64,000 bases of DNA, from NCBI GenBank assembly GCA_950097015.1, contig CATNEN010000032.1, positions 1,612,001 to 1,676,000 on the forward strand, in the 5' to 3' direction. Made by a program: the position numbers and the translations under genes. This DNA is from Macrostomum hystrix. Its lineage: Eukaryota; Animalia; Platyhelminthes. This document shows, in pieces, positions 52,301 through 64,000 of the stretch. Each line of letters starts with the position of its first letter. Position 1 is the first letter of the stretch. The notes under the pieces are model-generated. The model made no database searches. It worked only from the letters and a program-made list of their open reading frames with translations, and was not told the DNA's origin.

Positions 52301-55300
52301 CCGTGTCTCATCTCTCCCGTGTCTCATCTCTCCACTGCCTCATCTCTCCCGTGTCTCATCTCTCCCGTGTCTCATCTCTCCCGTGTCTCATCTCTCCCGT
52401 GTCTCATCTCTCCCGTGTCACATCTCTCCCGTGTCTCATCTCTCCCGTGTCACATCTCCCCGGTGTCTCATCTCTCCCGTGTCACATCTCTCCCGTGTCT
52501 CATCTCTCCCGTGTCACATCTCTCCACTTTCTCTCGCGCTCACCTGGCACCTGTAGCAGGCCGGATGGAAGTCTTTTCCCATGCTGACCACCCGCAGGAC
52601 CTCCTGGGCGTCGTCGCTCTCCGGAGTGATCGGCAGGCGGCAGAGACCGCAACGGGGCGCGTACACCCGGTGATAGTCGGGCACGCAGAACACGGAGCCG
52701 GCCGGGTCGACTGTGAACGGCCGGCCATCAAGGCAGGTCTGGCATACGGAGCAGCGAAAGCAGGCCGGGTGGAAGGGCCGGCCGAGAGCCTGGAGGATGT
52801 GATCGGTGATCATGTGACCGCAGGCGGAGCACTTCTCCGCGGCCTGCTGGAAGCCGGTATAGAGAAAGTCCTGGGCGCAGTAGACAGTGGGCAAGGCGCC
52901 CTCCGTCGGAGAGGGCACCGCGTAGAAGGTCTGGCCTGGAATGCGGGGTGACTGCGGCTTGAGACAGGCAGACAGACAGACAGACACCCAGCACAGACAC
53001 CCAGCACAGACAGCCAGCACAGACACCCAGCACAGACACCCAGCACAGACAGCCAGACAGACCGACAGACACCCAGCACAGACACCCAGCACAGACACCC
53101 AGCACAGACAGGCAGACAGACCGACAGACACCCAGCACAGACAGACAGGAAGACAGACAGACAGGCAGACAGACAGACACCCAGCACAGACAGGCAGACA
53201 GACCGACAGACACCCAGCACAGACAGACAGGAAGACAGACAGACAGGCAGACAGACAGACACCCAGCACAGACAGGCAGACAGACCGACAGACACCCAGC
53301 ACAGACAGACAGGAAGACAGACAGACAGGCAGACAGACAGACACCCAGCACAGACAGACACCCAGCACAGACAGACACCCAGCACAGACAGACAGACCGA
53401 CAGACACCCAGCACAGACAGACAGGCAGACAGACAGACACCCAGCACAGACAGGCAGACAGACAGACAGACCCAGCACAGACAGGCAGACAGACAGACAG
53501 AGACCCAGCACAGACAGACACCCAGCACAGACAGACACCCATCACAGACAGACACCCAGCACAGACAGACAGACCGACAGACACCCAGCACAGACAGACA
53601 GGCAGACAGACAGACACCCAGCACAGACAGGCAGACAGACAGACAGACCCAGCACAGACAGGCAGACAGACAGACAGAGACCCAGCACAGACAGACACCC
53701 AGCACAGACAGACACCCATCACAGACAGACACCCAGCACAGACAGACAGACCGACAGACACCCAGCACAGACAGACAGACCGACAGACACCCAGCACAGA
53801 CAGGCAGACAGACAGACAGACCCAGCACAGACAGGCAGACAGACAGACAGACACCCAGCACAGACAGGCAGACAGACAGACAGACCCAGCACAGACAGGC
53901 AGACAGACAGACAGACACCCAGCACAGACAGGCAGACAGACAGACAGACACCCAGCACAGACAGACAGACCGACAGACACCCAGCACAGACAGACAGACA
54001 GACCGACAGACACCCAGCACAGACAGACAGACCGACAGACACCCAGCACAGACAGACACCCAGCACAGACAGACACCCAGCACAGACAGACACCCAGCAC
54101 AGACAGACACCCAGCACAGACAGACACCCAGCACAGACAGACACCCAGCACAGACAGACACCCAGCACAGACAGACACCCAGCACAGACAGACACCCAGC
54201 ACAGACAGACACCCAGCACAGACAGACACCCAGCACAGACAGACACCCAGCACAGACAGACCCCCAGCACAGACAGACACCCAGCACAGACAGACCCAGC
54301 ACAGACAGACAGACAGGCAGACAGACATAGATAAAAGAAAAGGAAATGGCACGAGCCTTTATTCCATGCAAAAGCCTAATATTCGCCCCTTCAAATTATT
54401 TCCAGGTAAAGTTTAGAGGACAATTGAAAACACCACTGAACGGCTAGAAGCCAAAGCGAAATCAGCAAAATCGAATCCCAGAAAGCCAGTCCGCCCTTAA
54501 AACTCTTTGGCGCTTGGAGCGGGAGAAGCAGATGAGGCGGCGGTGAGGTGGGCGGCCGCATTCCACGGCTGCTGGAGGAGCCCGTGGCGCCGCCGCATAT
54601 AAGGTCAGTTGTGGGTCGCGCCGCAGTGTGTTGGGCAGGTAAAGTCTGAAGCAAAGAATGAAGAAGCGAATCGGTAGGGGGGGAGGGTTCAAGAGCGGTG
54701 CTTCCCAGCGGCAGTAAAATATGGCGGTCAGATCGTCTGGGACCGGCACAGCTTGCGCAGATAGGAGAGGCGGATGGGACGTGGCGGTTAAGCTATTCCG
54801 TCTTCTTCTAGAAGGGTTAGAAGGGAATCCGCGTACTGAGGCGGGCTAAATTTTCCGCCAAGGCTTTTTTGCTTTCTCTCCCTTTCCTTTCCACACCATT
54901 CGAGGCGAGCAGTAGAGAGAAGAAGTCTGGGAATTCAGAAAAAGGCCAAGCTGTCTATGGTCTTGTCACCTGTGAGCTCTCTTCCGCAGCAGAAGCAGAC
55001 AAAGCAGGCCGAATGGAAAATGCTGCCCATCGCCTGGCAGGCCTCGTTCGGGCCTGTAACCTCCTTGCCGCACTTGTCGCAGGAGCCTGGGTAGAAGTGC
55101 GGCTTGATTATCGATCCTCATCTCTGTACATCCTTAACCAGCGTACATTCTGCCCCCAGCCTCCTTGATGTACATTCCTTGCTCTCCAGCCTGGCCTAAT
55201 AAATGTACATCCGAGCACTCTAACCTTTCAAATGTACATTCGAAAACTCCAGCCTCACTAATGTACTCCCCGTACACTCCAGACTCACTAATGTTCATTC

Positions 55301-55436
55301 TTGCCATTCGCTTCACTGATGTCCAAGTTAATTAAAATTGATATCCAACTTTAAATCTAGGTAAAGATTTTTCATTAGTCAAGACGATATCGTAATCACT
55401 GACCAAAACCTTGTGTCAATTGACCACTCTGAACTA

Positions 55437-55480
<44 letters not shown>

Positions 55481-55749
55481 AACTGCTGGGTATCCTGCTG
55501 CTGCTGCTGCTGCTGCGCAGAATGTGGGAGTACAGTGTGATTGCTATTGTAGGATGGCGGTGGCGGAGGTGAACCCGAGCTTCCACCACCAATTATCAAC
55601 GTCTCCTGCTGCTGCTGCTGCTGCTGCAGACTTCTGGGCCTGCTGGGAGCCGCGCTGAATGATGGTTCCGGCATCACGTGATGGATCTGCACTGGCCTGG
55701 GGAACTGCATCCGCCTAAGGCCTGGTATGTGGCCGCCGCTGCCTCCGCT

Positions 55750-55781
<32 letters not shown>

Positions 55782-55992
55782 TGAAAGAGCCGAAATTTCC
55801 AAAGCCCAGCCCCGAATCAGACGTTCTAGAGGAGGACACTGACGAAGCTGCAGAGTCCAACGGAGGTGGAGTGCCGAGCTGAGGCTCCGAGTCCAGCAGC
55901 AGCTGTAAGAATCGCTGCTGTTGCTGCTGGGGCTGCTGGCGACTGCTGCTGCTGCTGCTGCTGCTGCTGTAGCCGCCAACAAATCTCTGCAT
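49342..55992 (-). CDS. Ajuba/LIMD1/WTIP-family triple-LIM protein; exons about 55400-55992, 54970-55086, 52544-52935, 49342-49470
   Basis: [37 protein letters not shown]|[85 protein letters not shown]|[22 protein letters not shown]. The first exon is low-complexity (Q/G/S-rich) and its donor (about 55401-55410) is uncertain. Confidence 0.9.
49525..52528. repeat. 16-bp satellite GTGTCTCATCTCTCCC, about 3 kb
   Basis: Fills the last intron of the LIM gene. Confidence 0.97.
52962..54325. repeat. AC-rich minisatellite (CCCAGCACAGACAGACA plus CAGA runs)
   Basis: Direct tandem units in a LIM gene intron. Confidence 0.92.
55135..55320. repeat. Degenerate short tandem repeat (AATGTACA...CTCCAGCCT)
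   Basis: About 5 diverged copies. Confidence 0.55.
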
Positions 55993-57819
55993 CTGACACT
56001 CACTCAAACTGAGCTTTGCTATCTTCTTTTCGTTGGCCGAATGTTGCTAGCTGCTATGCGACACCAGTGCTACAAGGCTGCAAGACTTTTAGATAAAATT
56101 GAAAAATTTAGATTGAAAAACTAGACTAGATAGAATAGATATATAGTACAGTGTGTCTACATAAAAATGATGTATTCTAAAATTATTTGTGTCATTTATA
56201 TATACATTAATTACTTGCAAGCAAACATATATTTTAATCAGAAAGTTCATATAATTAACATTAGTAAATAGTAATATACAACAATTCTAGAAAAAGTTAT
56301 AATGTTTAATTTGACTATTATGAGGGGTAGAATACAAGTGTTTGCAACATTGAAACAAAAAAATAAAGAAATACAAAATTAAAATAAAAAACGCCTCACT
56401 AACGTTGAAACAGTCTATTTCGTTTCTACGTTCGTTTAAATAAGAAAATCTACGCGTGCACTCACGCAATATTATTATTGTACCTACACTACATTAATAT
56501 CCATACACAACATAATATGCAACGTTATATATCAATGTACTACAATCCATTGTACTATGTGCTATAAAGAAATTAGTTGCAATACCTTAAGAAAATAAGC
56601 AATACATACATTTTTCACTGGAAAATACTATGAGTGATAGTTAAGACATTATGGTCTATTATTTTCTATTAGAAAGTATATAAAGCTCATATATATTTGT
56701 TTATGTTACATATATAGTCTATATAGTATACAGCGTCAGTTAAATATATATATTGTCGTATATATTGTACGACGAGGTCACGGAAGGAGTACCCACGTTC
56801 GGAAACACCAGTGCAGGCCTAGAACATTGCGTCAATTAATTTCGCGCGATCATTTAACTTCGTTGCATAAAAACAAATTTTTATATCTCATAATTACATT
56901 GAAATATGTTATACATTTTTTTCAAGAAAGGGAAATATGACCACCTGAAATGTATTTTTTAAGTCCAGTTCGTTATCTTTTTAATGCTATGTAGAACGAA
57001 ATATTTATGAACTTCTAGTGTTAAATGTAAAAAATGGGCCGGAAAACACATGAGAGGTTGTACATTTAAAATATGGTATGATAAAACGCTTTGGAATTTT
57101 ACAATAAGTATACTTTCAAATAATTTTGTATTTCAAACAGTACTAAACGATTAACTTGAGTGATTTGAACTACTCGTTTGACTGAATTTCGCTGTCGAAA
57201 ACGCATAAGTTGTTTTATTTTCCAACGATTTGCACTGTAGAAATTTAAATAAAAGCATAAATATCAACTAGTGGGTTAAAGTGAAAATTAAACTACTCAT
57301 AAATTGGATTTCGAAAATCAGAGGTATGCGGTTTTGCTGAAATGAGTTGAAATTACAGTCTTATTTATGTCTGCTTAATACGAATATAGAAGACCTCACA
57401 ATGTGCATCAAATTGGTCATACGAGTATTAGACTTTTTAATATTGCCATTCAAATCGATATATCGAAGATGCGTCACGAAAACAAAATTCGAATGGCCAT
57501 ATCATGCATGTATCGATCACGATCAGCTCAGCGTTGATCCAGGGAGGTTTTGTAACCTTTTAAAAATATGTTGGCTGCAGATGCTCAAGAAATCGCGTGA
57601 TTAACTTTTGGTGTCATTGAAATATACTTGCGAGGGTAAATATTGCCTTTGTAATTGGGAGCCCAGGAGCCTGGACACAATCGATACTCTGAGGCTTTCC
57701 ATCAATGTAGCAGCGATCTGCCGTGACACGGTAGAAGCGAAACAATCGTAATGTCTCTATCCGTAACAGGTGAGTTTATCGATACTATGTACAATCGATA
57801 CACTGAAAAACTGTTGTCA

Positions 57820-59352
57820 TCTCTAGCAGATGAAACACCATGTCTAGCAGATGAACTACCATGTCTAGAAGATGAACTGCCATGTCTAGCAGATGAACTA
57901 CCATGTCTAGAAGATGAACTGCCATGTCTAGCAGATGAACTACCATGTCTAGCAGATGAACTACCATGTCTAGAAGATGAACTGCCATGTCTAGCAGATG
58001 AACTACCATGTCTAGCAGATGAACTACCATGTCTAGCAGATGAACTACCATGTCTAGCAGATGAACTACCATGTCTAGCAGATGAACTACCATGTCTAGC
58101 AGATGAACTACCATGTCTAGCAGATGAACTACCATGTCTAGCAGATGAACTACCATGTCTAGAAGATGAACTGCCATGTCTAGAAGATGAACTGCCATGT
58201 CTAGCAGATGAACTACCATGTCTAGAAGATGAACTGCCATGCCTAGCAGATGAACTACCATGTCTAGCAGATGAACTACCATGTCTAGCAGATGAACTAC
58301 CATGTCTAGAAGATGAACTACCATGTCTAGCAGATGAACTACCATGTCTAGCAGATGAACTACCATGTCTAGCAGATGAACTAACATGTCTAGCAGATGA
58401 ACTACCATGTCTAGCAAATGAACTACCATGTCTAAAAAATGAACTACCATGTCTAGAAAATGAACTACCATATCTAGAAGATGAACTGCCATGTCTAGCA
58501 GATGAACTACCATGTCTAGCAGATGAACTACCATGTCTAGAAGATGAACTGCCATGCCTAGCAGATGAACTACCATGTCTAGCAGATGAACTACCATGTC
58601 TAGCAGATGAAACACCATGTCTAGCAGATGAACTACCATGTATAGAAGATGAACTGCCAAGTCTAGCAGATAAACTACCATGTCTAGCAGATGAACTACC
58701 ATGTCTAGCAGATGAACTACCATGTCTAGAAGATGAACTGCCATGCCTAGCAGATGAACTACCATGTCTAGCAGATGAACTACCATGTCTAGCAGATGAA
58801 CTACCATGTCTAGCAGATGAACTACCATGTCTAGCAAATGAACTACCATGTCTAAAAAATGAACTACCATGTCTAGAAAATGAACTACCATGTCTAGCAA
58901 ATGAACTACCATGTCTAGCAGATGAACTACCATGTCTAAAAAATGAACTACCATGTCTAGAAAATGAACTACCATGTCTAGCAAATGAACTACCATGTCT
59001 AGCAGATGAACTACCATGTCTAGCAAATGAACTACCATGTCTAAAAAATGAACTACCATGTCTAGCAAATGAACTACCATGTCTAGCAGATGAACTACCA
59101 TGTCTAGCAAATGAACTACCATGTCTAAAAAATGAACTACCATGTCTAGCAGATGAACTACCATGTCTAGCAGATGAACTACCATGTCTAGCAGATGAAC
59201 TACCATGTCTAGCAAATGAACTGCCAAGTCTAGCAGATGAATTACCATGTCTAGAAGATGAACTGCGATGTCTAGAAGATGAACTGCCATGTCTAGCAGA
59301 TGAAACACCATGTCTAGCAGATGAACTACCATGTCCAGCAGGAGAACTACCA
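57820..59352. repeat. 21-bp minisatellite CCATGTCTAGCAGATGAACTA, about 73 copies
   Basis: Direct tandem units; source of the three long 7-aa-repeat ORFs. Confidence 0.96.
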
Positions 59353-60059
59353 TGTCTGGCAGTAGAACAACCAATGTCTAAAATATTGACCGGTTCCTCA
59401 AAACTTGAATTTTTAAGCAGCAGATTTTTACCTGTGAAAGTGAAAATAAATTTCAGAGAAGTCAAAATAAAATTATTTTTTCGCAATGTGCACTTTTTAT
59501 TTAGTTCTGATAATGGAACATTGATTTGCTCTCGGTATTGTTGGAAAAGGGAATCGGACAAACTAAAAGTATTAATCGACCTAGTTACCGCGTCAATTTA
59601 GGGCAAACAAACAATGTTGACATTAAACGACATTTAAACAGGACAAGACAAGCTAGTGTAAAAATCTAACCACAAATCTAAAATCTAGTCAAAGCCAAGG
59701 TTTAAAAAAAACTAATTATTGTTGCGTCATCATGTGTCATCGGATTTCCTGTTAATTTGCCTGCCTATCAACCAGTACTTTTCATATAGCCAACTCGAGA
59801 CAAACCAACCAGTTTTTATGATGCGCAGATCTTAAAAAAGGACTCAATCATTCAAAGCTACCGCTTGAATGAAAAACAAAATCACACACAAAACAACACA
59901 AAACTCCTCTGCGGCTTAAGGTGATCACTGTCACCAATGCATTTCATTTCGAGTACCCCCAATATCACACATCTCATTCCCTAGTACCACATCTCCGACC
60001 TATTTTCACATCTCAACAACTAGCTCGTACTTATAACATCTCAAATTCTTCTTTTTTTC

Positions 60060-60312
60060 TCACATCTCACTCCCACATCACACATCTAATTTCCTCATCT
60101 CACATCTCAATCCCATTTCTCACATCTCAATCCCATTTCTCACATCTCACTCCCATTTCTCACATCTCAATCCCATTTCTCACATCTCACTCCCATTTCT
60201 CACATCTCACTCCCATTTCTCACATCTCACTCCCATATCTCAAATCACACTTCCATATCTCACATCTCACTCACATCTCACATCTCACTCCCAAATCTCA
60301 CATCTCACTCCC
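60060..60312. repeat. About 20-bp pyrimidine-rich minisatellite CTCACATCTCACTCCCATTT
   Basis: Directly downstream of the GPCR stop codon. Confidence 0.85.
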
Positions 60313-60317
60313 TACTT

Positions 60318-62075
60318 TCAGAACTTGTACTCCTCCCGCCTGGAGGTGGAGGAGGTGGCAGCCCCGGAGGACATCGGCTGCAGCTGCAGCTGCTTGGCGG
60401 CGGTGCCAGACGATGAGAAGAACTCCGCGGCCGCTGCGCCTCTGAGACCACGCTGACGGCAGCAGCGGCAGCCGAGGCAGCAGCGGCAGCCGAGGCAGCA
60501 GCAGAGGGCGGTCAGCAGGACTCGAACCAAATAGCGCTTGAATCTGCGCACTTTGAACAGGTAAAAATAGAAATTCACAGACAAGTTGATGTAGGCAACC
60601 ACCATTAGGATGGTGTTCAGGTAGGAAACATTGTAGAATAGGCTCGGATTGCTCAACTCGTAGCCATAGAATTTCAGAAATGAGAACAACGGCCAGCTGA
60701 CTGAGTAGGGCAGGTTCAGCGCCAGGTACTGCAGTGACAGCAGCACCATGGTGATCTTGACGTCCGACTCGGCACTGGAAGCCGCCTGCTCGTGGCTTCG
60801 CTGGCGCATCCGGTTCAGCCGGTAGCCGACCACGGCAGTCAAATTGCCAGCCAGTATGAGGAAGGCTGGCACAGTGTAGTTGATAAACAGCATCTGGTAG
60901 TTGAAGGCCAGACTGTAGTCAGCGGGCAGGTGCAGGCTTGGATAGCAGCCAATCAGAGAGCCGTTGACGAATCGGGGTCGGATTTCAAACGTCACAAACA
61001 CCTGCGTCCACAGGAGGGCGGCGATCAGGGAGACAGCAACTACGGAGGCTAAGCGTCGGCGAACGGTGAAGAAGCGGATGAACCGAACCGGCGACAGAAG
61101 GCAGGCGGCCCGCTCGAAGGACAGAACGACCATGACGTACGCGCCAATGCTCTGGCAGATCATCTGGATGTAGCGCAGAATGCGGCAGGTGGCCAGGCTC
61201 TGGAGAAACACGTCGAACCAGGCCAGGCCGAAGTCCTGCAGAGTTGTCGCCGTCCACTGGAAGATGCAGAGAAGCCAAACAGACAGGAAGTCGCTGACGG
61301 ACAGGACCAGAAAGTACAGGCAGGAGGGCGGGAACTTGGAATAGAAGACGGAGAAGATGATGGCCGCAATCAGGTTGTTGACGACCCCAAGCAGGCCGTT
61401 GATGATGAGGACATAGTCGGTGAAGATCTTCAAGGCCAGCACCATGCCGGGCAGCAGGTGGAGGCTCGACTGCATCGTCGGGCCGTCAGCGCCTGCTCCG
61501 CTGGAGTTTTCAGCCCGGCTGAAATCATCTGCGAGCGCAGGGGATGAAAGGGTCGAGTTTTGTGGGCCTGGGTATTGAATACAATGGGAGACAAGCTGAC
61601 AAACTGGAGACAGACAGACACCTGCAGACACAATGGAGACAGACAGACACCTGCAGACACAATGGTGATAGACAGACAGACACCTGCAGACACACTGGAG
61701 ACAGACAGACACCTGCAGACACACTGGAGACAGACAGACACCTGCAGACACAATGGAGACAGACAGACACCTGCAGACACAATGGTGATAGACAGACAGA
61801 CACCTGCAGACACAATGGTGATAGACAGACAGACACCTGCAGACACAATGGTGATAGACAGACAGACACCTGCAGACACACTGAAGACAGACACCTGCAG
61901 ACACAATGGTGATAGACAGACAGACACCTGCAGACACAATGGTGATAGACAGACAGACACCTGCAGACACACTGAAGACAGACACCAGCAGACACACTGG
62001 AGACAGACAGACAGACAGACACTTGCAGACAGGCACTGGGCATAAATTGAAATTGGCACAGCGAAGCTTACCCAT
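60318..62075 (-). CDS. Class A (rhodopsin-like) peptide-receptor-type 7TM GPCR; coding exons 62072-62075 and 60318-61567
   Basis: Seven hydrophobic segments, LGVVNN (TM1), LVLSVSD (TM2), LSFERAACL (ERY-like), INYTVP (TM5), LNLPY (TM6), [11 protein letters not shown] (TM7), Cys-rich tail. The spliced N-terminus MGPQNST..ENSS carries N-glycosylation sequons. Confidence 0.9.
   Translation of the reverse strand: MGKLRCANFNLCPVPVCKCLSVCLSPVCLLVSVFSVSAGVCLSITIVSAGVCLSITIVSAGVCLQCVCRCLSVYHHCVCRCLSVYHHCVCRCLSVYHHCVCRCLSVSIVSAGVCLSPVCLQVSVCLQCVCRCLSVYHHCVCRCLSVSIVSAGVCLSPVCQLVSHCIQYPGPQNSTLSSPALADDFSRAENSSGAGADGPTMQSSLHLLPGMVLALKIFTDYVLIINGLLGVVNNLIAAIIFSVFYSKFPPSCLYFLVLSVSDFLSVWLLCIFQWTATTLQDFGLAWFDVFLQSLATCRILRYIQMICQSIGAYVMVVLSFERAACLLSPVRFIRFFTVRRRLASVVAVSLIAALLWTQVFVTFEIRPRFVNGSLIGCYPSLHLPADYSLAFNYQMLFINYTVPAFLILAGNLTAVVGYRLNRMRQRSHEQAASSAESDVKITMVLLSLQYLALNLPYSVSWPLFSFLKFYGYELSNPSLFYNVSYLNTILMVVAYINLSVNFYFYLFKVRRFKRYLVRVLLTALCCCLGCRCCLGCRCCRQRGLRGAAAAEFFSSSGTAAKQLQLQPMSSGAATSSTSRREEYKF
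61605..62035. repeat. AC-rich minisatellite (GACAGACAGACACCTGCAGACACAATG...) in GPCR intron
   Basis: Direct tandem units. Confidence 0.9.
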
Positions 62076-62904
62076 TTTTGTCCTGCGAAAAAAAACAACT
62101 CAGGTGGGCTTGAAAAGGACTCTAAGAATGGGCAGGCTCGGAGCTGAATCAAGGCAGAATTTTTAGGCTGACTTTTTAGGCAGCCGGGGCAGATTGGAGG
62201 AGGACGAAATATTTTAAACTGCAGCCCATTGGTGAGCAGCCTTTGATCTATCGTCACCTGGCGCACGGACCGGTGTGATGCAAATTAGTCGAATTGCCTG
62301 CATCCAGCTAATCATTTTCAAATTGCTTTTTTAATGAAACAGAAAATGAAAACGCGCCTGAATGCGAAGTACATTGTCAAGTGTACTCGCTTGATCATTT
62401 GGATCGGGATTTGGGATTAAAATAATGGGGATTTCAGGAATTCTGGATTTCAGCAACTGGGTATCCGGAGTGAACTCTCAGTCTTGTTTTGTTACTAGAG
62501 TCCTCAGTGTTTACTCCCTGAGGGAACAATCTCCCAGCTTGACAATTTGAGGAGCTGAAAGCAGCTAGGTGTTCAATTTTTTTTCTATCTCCTGGAATTG
62601 GCGGAGGACAACTCCCCCAGAAAATAGGACTGCCTCGCTAGCGCAGGTGCGTAGAAAATTCACAAGAGTCGCCACTGAAAAAAGATTTCCGTAATTGTCG
62701 CAACGGTGCACGGCGCTAGAATCTAGAACAAGTAATCTGCTGGACCAGTTCTCAGCATTCTGGACATTCCGGACTGATGAGCAGAGCAAGTAGAAAAGCT
62801 GAGAAAATTTGAACCAAAACTGAACTCACTCGCGCCTGCTGTTGTTAATCTCCACGATTTAGGGATCGTTGCAGAGCAAAATCGTAGTAGGGTTTTTAAA
62901 CGGA

Positions 62905-63352
62905 ATCGTACCAGGATTCGAATGCATAATCACACCAGGATTCGAAGTACGAATCGTACCAGGATTCGAGGTAGTACGAATCGTACCAGGATTCGAGGTA
63001 GTACGAATCGTACCAGGATTCGAGGTAGTAAGAATCGTACCAGGATTCGAGGTAGTAAGAATCGTACCAGGATTCGAGGTAGTAAGAATCGTACCAGGAT
63101 TCGAGGTAGTAAGAATCGTACCAGGATTCGAGGTAGTAAGAATCGTACCAGGATTCGAGGTAGTAAGAATCGTACCAGGATTCGAGGTAGTAAGAATCGG
63201 TCCAGGATTCGAAGGCAGAATCGTACCAGGATTTAAAAGCAGAATCGTACCAGGATTTAAAAGCAGAATTCTAGCAGGATTCGAATGCAGAATCGTACCA
63301 GGATTCGAATGCAGAATCGTACCAGGATTCGAATGCAGAATCGTACCAGGAT
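62905..63352. repeat. 24-27-bp minisatellite GAATCGTACCAGGATTCGAGGTAGTAA
   Basis: About 17 copies with GAATC/GATTC inverted arms. Confidence 0.93.
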
Positions 63353-64000
63353 ACGTACTTCAAATGTAAATCCATCTAGCAACTAATGCAAACAACAAAA
63401 ACGGACACAATGCACTAATTTGAATTTCTAAATTTGGTGGCAGAATATAATCTAGGCTGCTTGCTGATGGCAACTGGTTTATATGAAATAAATAACAGAT
63501 GAAAGTAGATCAACTGGGATATTGTTAAAGCTAATTGGAGTCCAGATTGGAGGCTCACATCAAAGCTGCTAAAGGACTTATCAGGGTGACAAACAAAACT
63601 AAGTATGCTCGAAAACAATTTACCCTCCATTGAGCACACGACAATCGGTTTTCTTAATTTAGACAGCAAAGGATTATGTTCTTGTTGATAAGTAATAGAT
63701 AAACTAAACATCTGAAAATTTCACAAAAATCACGTCTTTTTGTAAAGTAAGTTTTTACTAAGAAGCCGAAAAAACACCAGCTGAAACTTCCATATAAGGT
63801 AAGATTGTACTTTTTGAGTGCATGTTCGAATGATTAAATTTCGGATTGATCATGAAATTTCGGATTGATCACCAACTTTTAGGCTCGTGGAATTTCGGGT
63901 TAGTAAATATTCGGCCACCCATTTGATTCCGCAGTTTTCTATTGACAACTTCAGCTTTCACCGGAAGCAAATTGTGAAACATGTTGGAAATAGAGTCATC

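Noticed and set aside
56760-56830. GC-richer island in AT-rich DNA as a possible small RNA or transposon end
   Set aside because: No match to snRNA, tRNA or SL RNA that I could recognise, and no partner inverted repeat found.

Overview
Eukaryotic (metazoan) genomic DNA with GT-AG introns, most of them filled with short-period tandem repeats. This style resembles the flatworm Macrostomum lignano, which is my inference and is not verified. Six genes could be assembled by hand. (1) A PX-PH phospholipase D (PLD1/2 family) on the minus strand, about 16 exons over 11383-35389, with both HKD motifs and one apparent 1-nt frameshift. (2) An intronless IFT22/RABL5 (-). (3) Calcyphosin-like CAPSL (+), head-to-head with IFT22 around an RFX X-box-like site. 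(4) A vesicular GABA/glycine transporter, SLC32A1/unc-47 (-). (5) An Ajuba/LIMD1/WTIP-family triple-LIM protein (-). (6) A class A peptide-type GPCR (-) whose ATG sits in an 11-nt micro-exon. Positions 1-8845 are a near-identical partial tandem copy of the PLD 3' end. There are about 35 minisatellite arrays, one intact hAT-type MITE (16-bp TIR, 8-bp TSD) and a dispersed intronic repeat family. Most long ORFs in the supplied track are satellite translations. No CRISPR array, rRNA or intact tRNA was seen. The most notable patterns are arrays that fill introns right up to the splice signals, and three separate duplications that each join an exon fragment to a satellite. I found no clearly novel protein system; the best lead is a satellite-interrupted, methyltransferase-like remnant at about 57.7-59.6 kb. 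Array boundaries are approximate.
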